Origin: Thermodesulfobacteriota bacterium
GTDB lineage: Bacteria > Desulfobacterota > Desulfarculia > JACQYL01
DNA length: 64,000 nucleotides
Assembly: GCA_963675595.2 (NCBI GenBank)
Contig: CAXXLZ010000002.1
Span: forward strand, 3,968,001 to 4,032,000
Reading direction: 5' to 3'
Shown here: positions 18,836 through 29,576 of the stretch, piece after piece
Numbering within the stretch: position 1 is the stretch's first letter
Layout: each line of letters opens with the position of its first letter
Program-made: the position numbers and the translations under genes
Notes under the pieces: generated by a model
Told to the model about the DNA's origin: nothing
What the model saw: the letters and a program-made list of their open reading frames with translations, nothing else
The model's database searches: none

Positions 18836-19975
18836 GTGAAAATTGTTTTCTGGCAAAATATCCCGTCACTTCATCAAGCCGCTTTCATTCGAGCTCTCAA
18901 TGAGCGTACCGGCGAAAGTACGGTGTTGGTGGCGGCGAGCGACGTTGGAGCGCGAGCGGAGACCAGCGGCTGGGGTCGACCGGATTTCGGCGGAGCGGAG
19001 CTGATCATCGAACCGGCCGAGCTCGAATGGCCTCATCTGGCAAAACGGTTTTCGGGCGAGGCATGGACTCACGTATTCTCCGGGTTGGGTTCCTATCCTC
19101 TCGTGGATGTGGTATCGAGAATACTGATTAGGAACCGGAGTCGTTGCGGAGTCATGACGGAGACGCCCATGCTTTTCGCCGACTCTTGTCGAGCCCTGAG
19201 GCGGCGAGCGCTTCTTTGGAGAGACCGATTCCGGGTGCTTGGACGCTGGCGAGCTTCCGATTTCGTGCTGGGTATGGGACACATGGGCGCGGAATGGTAT
19301 CGAGCGGCGGGATTTCCGGCGAACAAGGTGTTCCCTTTTGCCTATTTTTTGGACCCTGTCGACGGGGAGATGGGAAGCACGAAGACTGGAAACGGGTGCA
19401 CCGATTTTGGAATCATCTTCGTGGGTCGGCTTATCCGACGAAAAGGGGTGGATGTCTTGCTGAGGGCGCTTGCCGGTTTGGCGGCCGCGTCGTGGCGACT
19501 GGACGTCATAGGTGAGGGTCCGGAAAGGCAAAGCCTCCAAAGCCTTTCAGACGCTTTGGGCCTCGGATCGAGGGTCCGGTGGCATGGTCTGGTGGGAAAT
19601 GCTCCGGCCAGAAAAATGATCCTACGATCGGACTTACTGGTGCTGCCCAGTCACCACGACGGGTGGGGTGCGGTGGTCAACGAAGCCCTGCTGTCGGGCG
19701 TACCGGTCATCGCGACGGAATCGTGCGGCAGTGCGGTTTCCGTAGCCGCATCAGGGCTCGGCGCGGTCGTTCGTCCCGGAGATTCGGAATCTCTCCGAGA
19801 TGCCTTGGACGATCATCTCCGCAAAGGACCCCTTTCAGTCGAGGAAAGAGGAAGGCTTAAACGGTGGGCGGTCTGCCTGAATGGAAAAAGCGGGGCTTCA
19901 TATTTCTTGTCCATCATGGATTACGTCTATAATGCGGGTTCTCTTCCGTTGCCTCCCTGGAGCGAACAAACATAA
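18836..19975 (+). CDS. Glycosyltransferase family 4
   Basis: FWQNIPSLHQ, FVGRLIRRKGVD, VLPSHHDGWGAVVNEAL. Confidence 0.92.
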   Translation: MKIVFWQNIPSLHQAAFIRALNERTGESTVLVAASDVGARAETSGWGRPDFGGAELIIEPAELEWPHLAKRFSGEAWTHVFSGLGSYPLVDVVSRILIRNRSRCGVMTETPMLFADSCRALRRRALLWRDRFRVLGRWRASDFVLGMGHMGAEWYRAAGFPANKVFPFAYFLDPVDGEMGSTKTGNGCTDFGIIFVGRLIRRKGVDVLLRALAGLAAASWRLDVIGEGPERQSLQSLSDALGLGSRVRWHGLVGNAPARKMILRSDLLVLPSHHDGWGAVVNEALLSGVPVIATESCGSAVSVAASGLGAVVRPGDSESLRDALDDHLRKGPLSVEERGRLKRWAVCLNGKSGASYFLSIMDYVYNAGSLPLPPWSEQT

Positions 19976-20066
19976 GGAGCAAGGGTCGGAAACATGCTCC
20001 GAGGCGGTCCGGACGCCATAGCGACTTCAACGGCCGCGGAAGCGGCGCACCTTTCGGAGAGCCGAT

Positions 20067-21308
20067 TTGATCAATCACTCGGAGGAGCTCGGAACACACA
20101 GTATTCAACACTCGACTTCAAGCTCCAAGCCGCCGACAATCGTTACTTTTCTTCGCTGTTACGTGCCCGGCTACAAGTCCGGTGGACCGGTGCGGACGAT
20201 TCAAAATATGGTGGATCATTTGGGCGATGAATTCCGGTTTAGGATCGTCACTTCCGATCGTGATGACGGCGATTCCGGGCCCTATCCGGGAATTACACCT
20301 GACGCATGGAATCGGATGGGCAAGGCGGATGTTTATTATGCTTCGCCCCACCGGCTTACGCCGGGCGCTTTTTCCCGCATACTGAACGAAACCGTTCACG
20401 ATGTGGTCTATTTGAACAGCCTGCTCAATCCTCGCTTCACCATAGCAGTGTTGGCCTTGCGCAGATTAAGACGCATTCCGCCGAGGCCCGTTGTGTTGGC
20501 GCCCCGAGGCGAGTTCTCGCCGAGCGCTTTGGCGATCAAATCATTGAAGAAAACCCTTTTCCTTTTTTCAGCTCGCCTCCTCTCCTTGTATTCCGACGTG
20601 GTTTGGCAGGCGTCTTCCGAGAGTGAGGCGGACGACATCAGAAGGGTCATGGGGTCAACAGTCGGGACCGTGTTCGTCGCTCCGGACCTGCTCCCGCGTC
20701 CGAACACAGAGGATGTGCCCGCTCCCGCGACACGACATGAATCCGAATCCCTCCGAGTGGTCTTTCTCTCACGCATTGCGCCGATGAAGAATCTCGACTT
20801 TGCATTAGAGGTCATGAAACGTGTACGAGTCCCACTGGTGTTCGATATCTATGGTATAATCAGTGATGAATCCTATTGGAGGTCGTGTTCGGATAAGATC
20901 AAGGAAATGCCGAAACACATAAAGGCGAACTATTTCGGCCCGGTGGAGAACTTCAAGGTTCCGGGTGTGTTGGCAAGGTATGATCTTTTCTTCCTGCCGA
21001 CTCAAGGTGAGAATTTCGGGCATGTGATCTACGAGTCGCTGGCCGCCGGAACACCGGTCCTGATAAGTGATCGCACTCCCTGGTCTGACATCGAGGACCA
21101 TGGATGTGGAAAGGCGCTTTCTCTCGACGAACCGGATGAATTCTCGTTGGAGCTGGAGCGATTCTCCAAAATAAGCATTGATGCACATACGATGCTCCGA
21201 AGGAACGCCCGGGACTATGCCGTGCGAATCGCTTCGAATGAAGATATGCTACGGATGAATCGAGAGCTTTTTCTTTCCGTGTTCTCGAAGTCCGCATCCA
21301 GCGCCTGA
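20067..21308 (+). CDS. Glycosyltransferase family 4
   Basis: YVPGYKSGGPVRTI, LAPRGEF, FLSRIAPMKNL, FLPTQGENFGHVIYESL; start uncertain. Confidence 0.92.
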   Translation: MINHSEELGTHSIQHSTSSSKPPTIVTFLRCYVPGYKSGGPVRTIQNMVDHLGDEFRFRIVTSDRDDGDSGPYPGITPDAWNRMGKADVYYASPHRLTPGAFSRILNETVHDVVYLNSLLNPRFTIAVLALRRLRRIPPRPVVLAPRGEFSPSALAIKSLKKTLFLFSARLLSLYSDVVWQASSESEADDIRRVMGSTVGTVFVAPDLLPRPNTEDVPAPATRHESESLRVVFLSRIAPMKNLDFALEVMKRVRVPLVFDIYGIISDESYWRSCSDKIKEMPKHIKANYFGPVENFKVPGVLARYDLFFLPTQGENFGHVIYESLAAGTPVLISDRTPWSDIEDHGCGKALSLDEPDEFSLELERFSKISIDAHTMLRRNARDYAVRIASNEDMLRMNRELFLSVFSKSASSA

Positions 21309-21353
21309 AGAAAAGTTTCGTCAATCAAAGGAAAGCGACGGATTGCCTCATTT

Positions 21354-23585
21354 ATGAAACAGATCATCCAGTCTTATCGTACCGGTGAAATGGAACTCAC
21401 GGAGGTTCCCAGGCCCCAGGTTTCTCCAGGTATGGTCCTGGTGGAAACCAAGGCGTCGGTCGTTTCCGCAGGCACGGAAAAGATGCTGGTATCTCTCGCC
21501 AAAATGTCCCTGATCGGCAAGGCGCGGGCAAGGCCCGATCTGGTGAGAAAGACGCTTGCCGCAGCACGGAAGGAAGGAATTCGATCCACTTTGGAAAAGG
21601 TTCGCTCCCGCCTCGAATCTCCCGTTCCACTGGGGTACTCATGCAGCGGCATCGTCCGGGAACTCGGCGAAGGAGTCGAAGGTCTGACCGTGGGGGACCG
21701 GGTGGCGTGCGGGGGCGCGGGTTATGCCAACCACGCGGAATTCAACGTGATTCCACGAAACTTGTGCGTTCCCATTCCCGATTCTGGAACACGAGAATCG
21801 CCCATGGCTTTTGAGGAAGCGGCCTTCTCCACCATTGGGGCCATTGCGCTGCAAGGTGTTCGCCAAGCGCGGCTCACCCTTGGAGAGAGCGTTTGCGTTG
21901 TGGGATTGGGGCTTCTGGGACAGATTACGGTGCAGCTCTGCAAGGCCTCCGGTTGTCGGGTGTTGGGGGCGGACATCGATGACGGCAGAATCTCTTTAGC
22001 AGCCGATTTCGGTGCGGAGTCCGCCGTGCGAAGTGAAAGCCTGTCCCGCGAGGCGGCTCGATTCAGCGGAGGCGTGGGCATGGACGCGGTGATCATCACC
22101 GCGGCGGCTTCCGGAAGTGATCTGGTGGCTCTGGCGGGGGAGATTTCGCGTCTGAAGGGGCGAGTGGTCGTGGTGGGCCTGGTGGGTCTCGACATCCCCA
22201 GGGACGTCTACTACAAAAAGGAACTGGAAGTACGGCTGTCCATGTCGTACGGCCCCGGTCGGTATGATGTGGAATACGAAGAACGGGGGCACGACTACCC
22301 GTTACCGTACGTGCGCTGGACTGAGCAGCGGAACATGTCCGCGTTTCTGGGATTGTGCGTTCAGGGCCGATTGGACGTTCGATCCCTGATTACGCATCGT
22401 TATCCCTTCGATCAATCACTAAGCGCTTACCGTTTGATCACTCAAGGAGAAGAACCCTCGCTGGGAGTGGTGCTGGAGTACGACGCCGGGCCTCAACCCC
22501 GGCGAATTCCCGTGATCTCCAAGGCAGGTCGAAAGATGGAAGGGCCTGTGGGCATCGGTTTGATCGGAGCGGGGAATTTCGCCAATTCGGTTCTCCTTCC
22601 CAAGCTGAGCCGCATGTCCCAAGTCCGGTTCCGCGGAGTGACCACCGGGAGGGGTATGACGGCCAAGGCCGTGGCCGAACGGTTTGGATTCGACTACTGT
22701 GCGGAAACCGCGACGGAAATCATTGACGACGACCAAATCCGAGCGGTGTTTGTGGTCACGCGGCACGATCTGCACGGTCCTTTGGTCGAAAAGTGTTTGG
22801 CCGCCGGGAAGCACGTTTTTGTGGAAAAACCCTTGTGTATTCACGCCTCTCAGTTGGCTTCCATCGAGAATATCCTGAAGGACTCAGCCTCCTCATCGGC
22901 GCATCCCGTTCTGATGGTGGGGTTCAACAGAAGGTTTTCTCCCATGGTGCGAAAGATCAAAGACGGCTTAAGCCGACGTGCCTCCCCTCTGGTGGGATCG
23001 TACCGGGTGAATGCAGGCTTGATTCCCAAGGATTCCTGGGTCCAGGACCCCCTTCAAGGAGGAGGCAGAATCATTGGAGAGGCGTGCCATATGGTGGACA
23101 CCCTTCGTTTTTTGACAGGCTCTTCGGTGAAGACCGTGCAGGCGGGATGCGTTCGGTCCGGAAGAACGGAAGATACGGACCGGGATACGGTTTCCATAAC
23201 GTTGACCTATGCGGACGGTTCCCTGGGCGATATCCTCTATTATGCTCTCGGGAGTCCCGCGGTTCCCAAGGAGCGGTTGGATGTCTCGGCGGACGGTTCC
23301 TCCTGGGAACTGAACCACTTTCGTGAACTTGCGACTTACCGGGGGACCCGTTCGGAGAGGACCAAAGAGACGCAGGACAAGGGCCATGAGGAAGAAGTCC
23401 GGGCCTTCCTGGCATCGGTTGCCGGAGAAACTCCGCCTCCCATTCCGCTTATGGAGATTTTTGAGACCACGCGGGTTTCCTTTGCCGTACACGAAGCCTT
23501 GGACACCGGGCGTATGATACACATGGACGAATGGTCGCCGGAGGAAACTTCGGATATGGGGGATTCGAATGGGGAAACCCCCTGA
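21354..23585 (+). CDS. Bi-domain oxidoreductase (Zn-ADH/MDR + Gfo/Idh/MocA)
   Basis: SVVSAGTEK, PLGYSCSG, GLGLLGQ, SMSYGPGRYD, YVRWTEQRN; second domain IGAGNFA, HVFVEKPL, VGFNRRFSP, GGRIIGEACH. Confidence 0.93.
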   Translation: MKQIIQSYRTGEMELTEVPRPQVSPGMVLVETKASVVSAGTEKMLVSLAKMSLIGKARARPDLVRKTLAAARKEGIRSTLEKVRSRLESPVPLGYSCSGIVRELGEGVEGLTVGDRVACGGAGYANHAEFNVIPRNLCVPIPDSGTRESPMAFEEAAFSTIGAIALQGVRQARLTLGESVCVVGLGLLGQITVQLCKASGCRVLGADIDDGRISLAADFGAESAVRSESLSREAARFSGGVGMDAVIITAAASGSDLVALAGEISRLKGRVVVVGLVGLDIPRDVYYKKELEVRLSMSYGPGRYDVEYEERGHDYPLPYVRWTEQRNMSAFLGLCVQGRLDVRSLITHRYPFDQSLSAYRLITQGEEPSLGVVLEYDAGPQPRRIPVISKAGRKMEGPVGIGLIGAGNFANSVLLPKLSRMSQVRFRGVTTGRGMTAKAVAERFGFDYCAETATEIIDDDQIRAVFVVTRHDLHGPLVEKCLAAGKHVFVEKPLCIHASQLASIENILKDSASSSAHPVLMVGFNRRFSPMVRKIKDGLSRRASPLVGSYRVNAGLIPKDSWVQDPLQGGGRIIGEACHMVDTLRFLTGSSVKTVQAGCVRSGRTEDTDRDTVSITLTYADGSLGDILYYALGSPAVPKERLDVSADGSSWELNHFRELATYRGTRSERTKETQDKGHEEEVRAFLASVAGETPPPIPLMEIFETTRVSFAVHEALDTGRMIHMDEWSPEETSDMGDSNGETP

Positions 23586-25296
23586 AGAGGATTCGGAAAA
23601 AGTGTTGAAGCGTCTTGGGCTGCTTCTGCGTACCGCCAGATACTTGAAGGCGGAACAGGCGATGTATCTGGCCAAGACCCGAGTTCCCACCGGGCTGCTG
23701 TCTTTAGGGCTCAGGACCGGACTGGGCGACTCCGCAGTCACCGGCTGGAAAATGCTGAAACCCAGGGTTCCCTTTCCCTGCTACCCGTGGTGGATTCCGG
23801 AGAATCTCCGGTCGGGCCGTTTCGACTTTATAGGACGGAAGAAGACTTTCCTGGACGTTTTGGACTGGGCTTCGGAAGACATGCCGCTCCTATGGCGATA
23901 TAATCTCCATTATTTCCAGTTTCTGCTTCCGGATGGAGGTCTGGACGCCGACACCGGAGGCAAGCTGATTCGGGAATGGGTCCGTCACAACCCGATTCGC
24001 ACCCCGGTGGCTTGGGATCCTTTCCCTCTGTCGCTGCGCGTGGTGAATTGGGCCAAGTATCTGAGCCTGACGGAGCATGCGCCTTCCTTTCAAGAAGAGG
24101 CGGCCCGTTCGCTTTTTCAGCAGATTCGCTATTTGGAGGGAAATCTCGAGCGCCATTTGCTGGCCAACCATCTCTTCAAAAATATAAAGGCCTTGCTTTT
24201 CGCAGGAGTGAGTTTCGATCGTCCGGAAGCGGCTCGATGGCGTGAACAGGGGCTTGGACTTCTGCGGAGAGAACTGGCCGAGCAAATTCTTCCGGACGGC
24301 GGGCATTTCGAAAGAAGCCCCATGTACCACTGCATGATCTTCGAGGATTGTCTGGATTTGCTCAACATTGCTCACTGCTTTCCGATGTCCATAGGGAGCT
24401 CGCCGGAAAACGAACTGAGGGAGGTGTGCGGGAGAATGGCCGGGTTCCTGGCCGGTACCCTGCACCCCGACGGCGATATTCCTCTGTTCAATGATTCGGC
24501 TTTCGGTATCGAATTGCCGCCGCGAAGGCTGCTTCAATACGCGTCCGAACTGGGCGTCACGGTGGAGACGGATCGAAAGAGGAGGCACTTTTCCTTTCCA
24601 GATACGGGCTACTATATTTTCTCTCCCGGCGAGGATTCCCGATTGATCGTGGATTGCGGCCCCATTGGGCCCGACTATCAGCCGGGGCATGCTCATTGCG
24701 ACACCCTAAGCTACGAGCTTTCCCTGTCGGGGCGTCGTGTGGTGGTGGACAGCGGAGTGTACGGCTACGAGCCCGGAGACTTGAGGTCCTACGTGAGGAG
24801 CACGTCGGCTCACAACACGGTCGAGGTGGACGGGACCGAACAAAGCGAGATATGGAAATCCCACAGAGTGGGCAGGAGAGCGAAACCCTTGTCAGCCCGA
24901 ATCGAGGGGAACGGAGCGGGTGCCGTGAGTTTCGCGGGTTCCCATGACGGCTATTCTTTCCTGCCTGGAAAAGTGATCCATGAAAGGACCATCCGATACG
25001 AACCCCAAAACAACTGGATGGTTTTGGATCGGATTCTCGGCAAGGGGAACCACGGCGCGAGGAGCCGAATCCACTTGCACCCGGATTTGAGGCCCGTGGT
25101 AGACGGAGAGCGCGTATTGATTTTGGACTCCTCGCAAAGGACCGTGGCGGAATTGACGCCTGTGGGAACCCAGGAGGTGCTGTTCGAAAAAGGCTGGTAT
25201 TGTCCCCGTTTCGGTCTTCGAAAGGGAAAGTGGGTGATCGCTTTCGAGGTCGAGGGGGAACTTCCCCTGGAAGTCGGCTATTGGTTTCGGACCTGA
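23569..25296 (+). CDS. Heparinase II/III-family (alginate-lyase-like) protein
   Basis: LWRYNLHYF, SLRVVNW, LLANHLFKN, QILPDGGHFERSPMYH, PLFNDS, PGHAHCDTLSYEL, RSTSAHNTV. Confidence 0.9.
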   Translation: MGKPPEEDSEKVLKRLGLLLRTARYLKAEQAMYLAKTRVPTGLLSLGLRTGLGDSAVTGWKMLKPRVPFPCYPWWIPENLRSGRFDFIGRKKTFLDVLDWASEDMPLLWRYNLHYFQFLLPDGGLDADTGGKLIREWVRHNPIRTPVAWDPFPLSLRVVNWAKYLSLTEHAPSFQEEAARSLFQQIRYLEGNLERHLLANHLFKNIKALLFAGVSFDRPEAARWREQGLGLLRRELAEQILPDGGHFERSPMYHCMIFEDCLDLLNIAHCFPMSIGSSPENELREVCGRMAGFLAGTLHPDGDIPLFNDSAFGIELPPRRLLQYASELGVTVETDRKRRHFSFPDTGYYIFSPGEDSRLIVDCGPIGPDYQPGHAHCDTLSYELSLSGRRVVVDSGVYGYEPGDLRSYVRSTSAHNTVEVDGTEQSEIWKSHRVGRRAKPLSARIEGNGAGAVSFAGSHDGYSFLPGKVIHERTIRYEPQNNWMVLDRILGKGNHGARSRIHLHPDLRPVVDGERVLILDSSQRTVAELTPVGTQEVLFEKGWYCPRFGLRKGKWVIAFEVEGELPLEVGYWFRT

Positions 25297-25300
25297 CGAT

Positions 25301-26536
25301 ATGCATGTTCTCTTCTTGACCCATTATTTCCCACCGGAAGTCAACGCTCCCGCGTCCCGGACCTTCGAACACTGCAGGTTGTGGGTTCGCGAGGGCCATG
25401 AGGTCACAGTGGTGACCTGCGTTCCCAATCATCCCAAGGGACGGCCGTACCCGGGATATCGGAATGCGTTTTTTCAGAGCGAGACCGTGGAGGGAATCCG
25501 CGTCCTTCGAGTTTGGACTTATCTGGCGGCCAACGAGGGCTTCCTCAAACGTACCTTGAATTATGTCTCCTACCTTGTGTCCGTACTGGCACAGGTTTTT
25601 CGATTGCCGAAACCCGATGTGGTGGTTTCCACGTCTCCCCAATTCTTCTGCGGATTGGCGGGGTGGCCCGTGGCTCGCATCAAGCGGGCGGCGTGGGTCT
25701 TGGAAATACGGGATTTGTGGCCGGACTCGATTCTGGCCGTGGGTGCACTGACGAATCCCGGCATCATCGGCATATTGAAGGGGATCGAAAGAAAAGTCTA
25801 TCGGACCGCGGATCGGGTGGTGGCTTTAACGGAGCCGTTTCGCCGTCACATCATTCGTTGCGGAGCGGATGCCGGGCGAGTGACCGTCCTTCCCAACGGG
25901 GCGGACCTGAGCAGGTTTCAAAGAGTACCTCGTCTGAACGATGTGTCCGACAGTTTGGGATTGTCGGATCGTTTTGCAGTGGGATACTTCGGCACACACG
26001 GCATGGCCCACGGACTGGACACCGTCCTGGACGCCGCCGAACGCCTGGCATCGCACAAGGACGTGGTGCTTCTGCTGGTGGGCGATGGAGCGGAGCGCAG
26101 GCGGCTTGAGGAATCGAAGCGGCGGAGAGGCCTCGACAACGTCCTCATGCTCGGCCAAGTATCCAAAGACCGAATGCCCGCCCTCTTGGGCTCCTGTGAC
26201 GCCACCATGGTCCTTCTGATCAAAAACGATCTCTTCAAGACGGTGATTCCTTCAAAGATCTTTGAGGCCATGGCGTTGGAGAAACCGATCATTCTGGGCG
26301 TGGAAGGCGAAAGTGAACGGATTGTCCGGCAGGCGGAGTGCGGCATTTGCATCGAGCCGGAGAACGCGGATGCTCTGGCCCAAGCCGCATTGACACTGAA
26401 GGAGGACCCGGAACGCCGACGCCGATTGGGAGAGAACGGGCGAAAGTACGTCGAGGAATATTTTGATCGCGAAGTGATCGCGCGGCGGTACCTGGATTTT
26501 TTGCGGGATGCCGTAAAATGCCATAAAAATCGGTAG
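25301..26536 (+). CDS. Glycosyltransferase family 4 (WbuB-like)
   Basis: LTHYFPPEVNAPASR, TCVPNHPKG, TSPQFF, EIRDLWPDS, GTHGMAHGL, IPSKIFEAMA. Confidence 0.93.
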   Translation: MHVLFLTHYFPPEVNAPASRTFEHCRLWVREGHEVTVVTCVPNHPKGRPYPGYRNAFFQSETVEGIRVLRVWTYLAANEGFLKRTLNYVSYLVSVLAQVFRLPKPDVVVSTSPQFFCGLAGWPVARIKRAAWVLEIRDLWPDSILAVGALTNPGIIGILKGIERKVYRTADRVVALTEPFRRHIIRCGADAGRVTVLPNGADLSRFQRVPRLNDVSDSLGLSDRFAVGYFGTHGMAHGLDTVLDAAERLASHKDVVLLLVGDGAERRRLEESKRRRGLDNVLMLGQVSKDRMPALLGSCDATMVLLIKNDLFKTVIPSKIFEAMALEKPIILGVEGESERIVRQAECGICIEPENADALAQAALTLKEDPERRRRLGENGRKYVEEYFDREVIARRYLDFLRDAVKCHKNR

Positions 26537-26642
26537 AGCGGCTTTCGCGTGCCGGCGAACCATGAGGATGCGGAGACCTCGTTTCCCGTTGCGAACGAAG
26601 GGAAGGGACTTCCTCGCATGAAGAAAACCGGAGAAATTATCG

Positions 26643-27737
26643 GTGAATGTCTTGCTAGTGGCCGGAGCACGGCCTAATTTCATGAAAATCGCTCCTTTGT
26701 ACCGGGAGTCTCGTCGCTATCCCGACGTACGTTGCCGGATCGTACATACGGGTCAGCATTACGATTACGTCATGTCTCAAGCGTTTTTTGAAGACCTAGA
26801 GCTGCCGGCGCCCGACTTCTTCTTGGAGGCCGGGTCCGGTTCCCACGCGCATCAGACGGCCAAGATCATGGTGGCTTTTGAAGAAGTGTGTGAACGGGAA
26901 CATCCGGATCTGGTCGTCGTGGTGGGAGACGTTAATTCGACCTTGGCATGCGGCATCGTGGCCAAAAAGCTGTGGATACTGCTGGCGCACGTGGAGGCCG
27001 GGTTGCGGAGTTTCGATCGCAGGATGCCCGAGGAGATCAACCGTCTTGTGACGGACGCGGTTTCGGATTTGTTCTTCGTTACCGAGGAACGCGCCGTCGA
27101 GAATCTGGTACGAGAGGGTAAGCTTGAGGAGCAGGTTCATCAGGTGGGCAACGTGATGATTGATAACCTGCATCACCAACTTGAGCGCTTGAACCGGGAC
27201 GACCAAACGCGCTTTCCCTCCTTCGAACTCAAGAAAAGGCTCGGGGATTATGCGTTTCTTACGCTTCATCGACCGTCCAACGTCGATTCTCGAGAGGTCT
27301 TTCAAGGGATCGTGAAGGCCGTCGATCGAATATCGGAAGAGATGGATATCCTCTTCCCCGTGCATCCCCGGACCCGAGAAACCATGAGTCGCTTCGATGT
27401 TCGCTTTTCGGATCGGGTGCACCTGCTTCCGCCGTTGGGCTTCAGGGAATCCTTGTTTCTTTGGAAAGACGCCCGAGTGGTCCTGACGGACAGCGGGGGG
27501 CTGCAGGAAGAAACCACCGCCCTGTCGATTCCCTGCGTAACCATTCGAGAGAATACGGAACGACCCATCACCGTAGAGGTGGGGAGCAACGTGCTCGCCG
27601 GAACCGAAACGGGAAAGATACTTGATGCGTACGGGCAATCGCTGAAAAGGGCCGAATCGGGCTCCGCCGTGCCGCCTCTATGGGACGGGCGGGCTGCGGA
27701 ACGGATATGGCGGGTATTGGTGGGCGCGGGAGGCTGA
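26643..27737 (+). CDS. wecB: UDP-N-acetylglucosamine 2-epimerase (non-hydrolysing)
   Basis: GARPNFMKIAP, HTGQHYD, VGDVNST, HVEAGLRSFD, MPEEINR, TLHRPSNVD, TDSGGLQEET. Confidence 0.96.
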   Translation: MNVLLVAGARPNFMKIAPLYRESRRYPDVRCRIVHTGQHYDYVMSQAFFEDLELPAPDFFLEAGSGSHAHQTAKIMVAFEEVCEREHPDLVVVVGDVNSTLACGIVAKKLWILLAHVEAGLRSFDRRMPEEINRLVTDAVSDLFFVTEERAVENLVREGKLEEQVHQVGNVMIDNLHHQLERLNRDDQTRFPSFELKKRLGDYAFLTLHRPSNVDSREVFQGIVKAVDRISEEMDILFPVHPRTRETMSRFDVRFSDRVHLLPPLGFRESLFLWKDARVVLTDSGGLQEETTALSIPCVTIRENTERPITVEVGSNVLAGTETGKILDAYGQSLKRAESGSAVPPLWDGRAAERIWRVLVGAGG

Positions 27738-27823
27738 GGTATTCGAGGCTGAAACGGAATGGACTCGGGCTCCTGAAAACTCCGTCGTGAACGGGATGGA
27801 ACCTGAAAATCGGTTGGAGAACC

Positions 27824-29380
27824 ATGGCGATCAATATTGGAATCGTAATCGTATACGCCTTGCTTCTCGGGGGCATCTACTACGAAACTCTTACCTACAT
27901 GGTCGCCCGCTGGGACGGTGACTACAGCTACTGCTATCTCGTCCCTCCCATTGTTCTTTATCTGTTATGGGAGAACAGGAAAGAGGTAATGCGAAAGCCC
28001 GCGGCCGTGGGGCCGTGGGGGCTGATCCCGTTCTTCCTGGGAGTGGCGTTCTTCTGGTTCGGCGAATTCGGCGGGGAGTATTTGTCCCTTTTTCTCTCAT
28101 TCTGGCTCGTCTTGGTGGGGCTTCTGTGGATCCATCTGGGCCGCGAAAAGATCAAGGCCGTGTGGTTTCCTTTGGTCCTGATTCCCACCATGTTTCCACC
28201 CCCAAGTTTTCTGCATAACAAGTTGACCGTCTATCTTCAACTGGCCGCCTCGAAACTCGGTGTGGACATGATCCATCTCGCGGGGATTACGGCCTACCGT
28301 GACGGCAACATTATCGATCTGGGTTTCACACGGCTCCAGGTAGTGGAAGCCTGCAGCGGCCTGAGGTATCTTTTCCCTCTGATCATTCTGGGGCTTTTGC
28401 TGGCCTATTTCTTCAAAGCGAAATTATGGAAGCGCAGTTTGCTGGTGGTTTCGGCCATTCCCCTGGCGATTTTTACCAACAGCATGCGCATCGCGCTGAC
28501 GGGCATTATTTCCGAGCTCTGGAGTACCGAGGCGGCCGAGGGGTTCTTTCACGGATTCTCCGGGTGGTTCATCTTCATGTTTTCTCTGGCGGTTCTTCTG
28601 CTGGAGATGTGGTTGCTGGGAAAGATACCCGATGGAAGGGACGAACAAGCCGGGAAAGACGAGGTTTCGCCGAAGAAGACCTCCGTATCTTCGAGTCCCG
28701 CCGGGCGGAACACCGGAAATGTTTGGGGCTTCGGCGCCCTGATCACCATCCTGATCCTGACCGGCACTTTGGGGTTCGCGAGGATGCATGAATACCGAGA
28801 ACAGGTGCCCGCCTTGCAGTCCATGAGGTACTTTCCCATGGAGATCGACGGATGGAAGGGAACAAGGCAACCCTTGGAATCCGACGTCCTGAAGGAACTG
28901 GATCTGACCGATTATGTTTGGGCCGATTACCGGAACGACAAGGGTCGCGATGTCAATTTCTATATGGCGTATTACGCGAGTCAGAGAAAAGGCGAGTCCA
29001 TTCATTCGCCGGAGTCGTGCCTGCCCGGCGGAGGCTGGTTGTTCAAGGAAGCGGGTACGATCAGCCTTGCTCCGCCCCGCCCCGGTATGACGTCATTGGT
29101 GGTCAATCGGGCCATCATGCAGAAACTCGACTACCGTCAGATCGTATATTACTGGTTTCCCCAGAGGGGGAGGGACTTGACCAATGCCTATCAGCTGAAG
29201 TTGTTTACTTTTTGGGATGCTTTAACCATAAATCGGACGGACGGGGCGCTGGTTCGCCTGATTACTCCCGTATATTCCGATGAATCGGCGAAGGACTCCG
29301 AAGAGCGACTACTTCGGTTCACTTGGGAAGTGCAGCCTCTCCTTGGGGAGTACATTCCGGGACGCGCCATCGACAAGTGA
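27824..29380 (+). CDS. xrtD: Exosortase fused to EpsI domain (XrtD-like)
   Basis: Catalytic triad VVEACSGLRYL (C), NSMRI (R), FFHGFSGW (H); C-terminal EpsI domain with SQRKGESIHSPESCLPGGGW, YYWFPQRGR, RTDGALVR. Confidence 0.88.
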   Translation: MAINIGIVIVYALLLGGIYYETLTYMVARWDGDYSYCYLVPPIVLYLLWENRKEVMRKPAAVGPWGLIPFFLGVAFFWFGEFGGEYLSLFLSFWLVLVGLLWIHLGREKIKAVWFPLVLIPTMFPPPSFLHNKLTVYLQLAASKLGVDMIHLAGITAYRDGNIIDLGFTRLQVVEACSGLRYLFPLIILGLLLAYFFKAKLWKRSLLVVSAIPLAIFTNSMRIALTGIISELWSTEAAEGFFHGFSGWFIFMFSLAVLLLEMWLLGKIPDGRDEQAGKDEVSPKKTSVSSSPAGRNTGNVWGFGALITILILTGTLGFARMHEYREQVPALQSMRYFPMEIDGWKGTRQPLESDVLKELDLTDYVWADYRNDKGRDVNFYMAYYASQRKGESIHSPESCLPGGGWLFKEAGTISLAPPRPGMTSLVVNRAIMQKLDYRQIVYYWFPQRGRDLTNAYQLKLFTFWDALTINRTDGALVRLITPVYSDESAKDSEERLLRFTWEVQPLLGEYIPGRAIDK

Positions 29381-29576
29381 CGGTTCAAGCGAAAGGCTTC
29401 CCTGCAAGCCGACAATCAATCTTTGGCGCGGTGATTTCTGAAGGGGGCGGATTTCCGTTCCCTCCTCTCCAAATTCGATAGGTGAGTTGCGCGTTGCTTG
29501 GAGTGACGAGATTTCCGGCAACGCACACGACTCCGGAATTCAATCACCCCACTCACTTTTGAGGAATCCGACCGGC

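Noticed and set aside
24557-25642. Long antisense ORFs (361 aa here; also 45837-46835, 13967-14887, 49408-50331)
   Set aside because: Shadow frames of well-supported genes in GC-rich DNA, with no recognisable motifs
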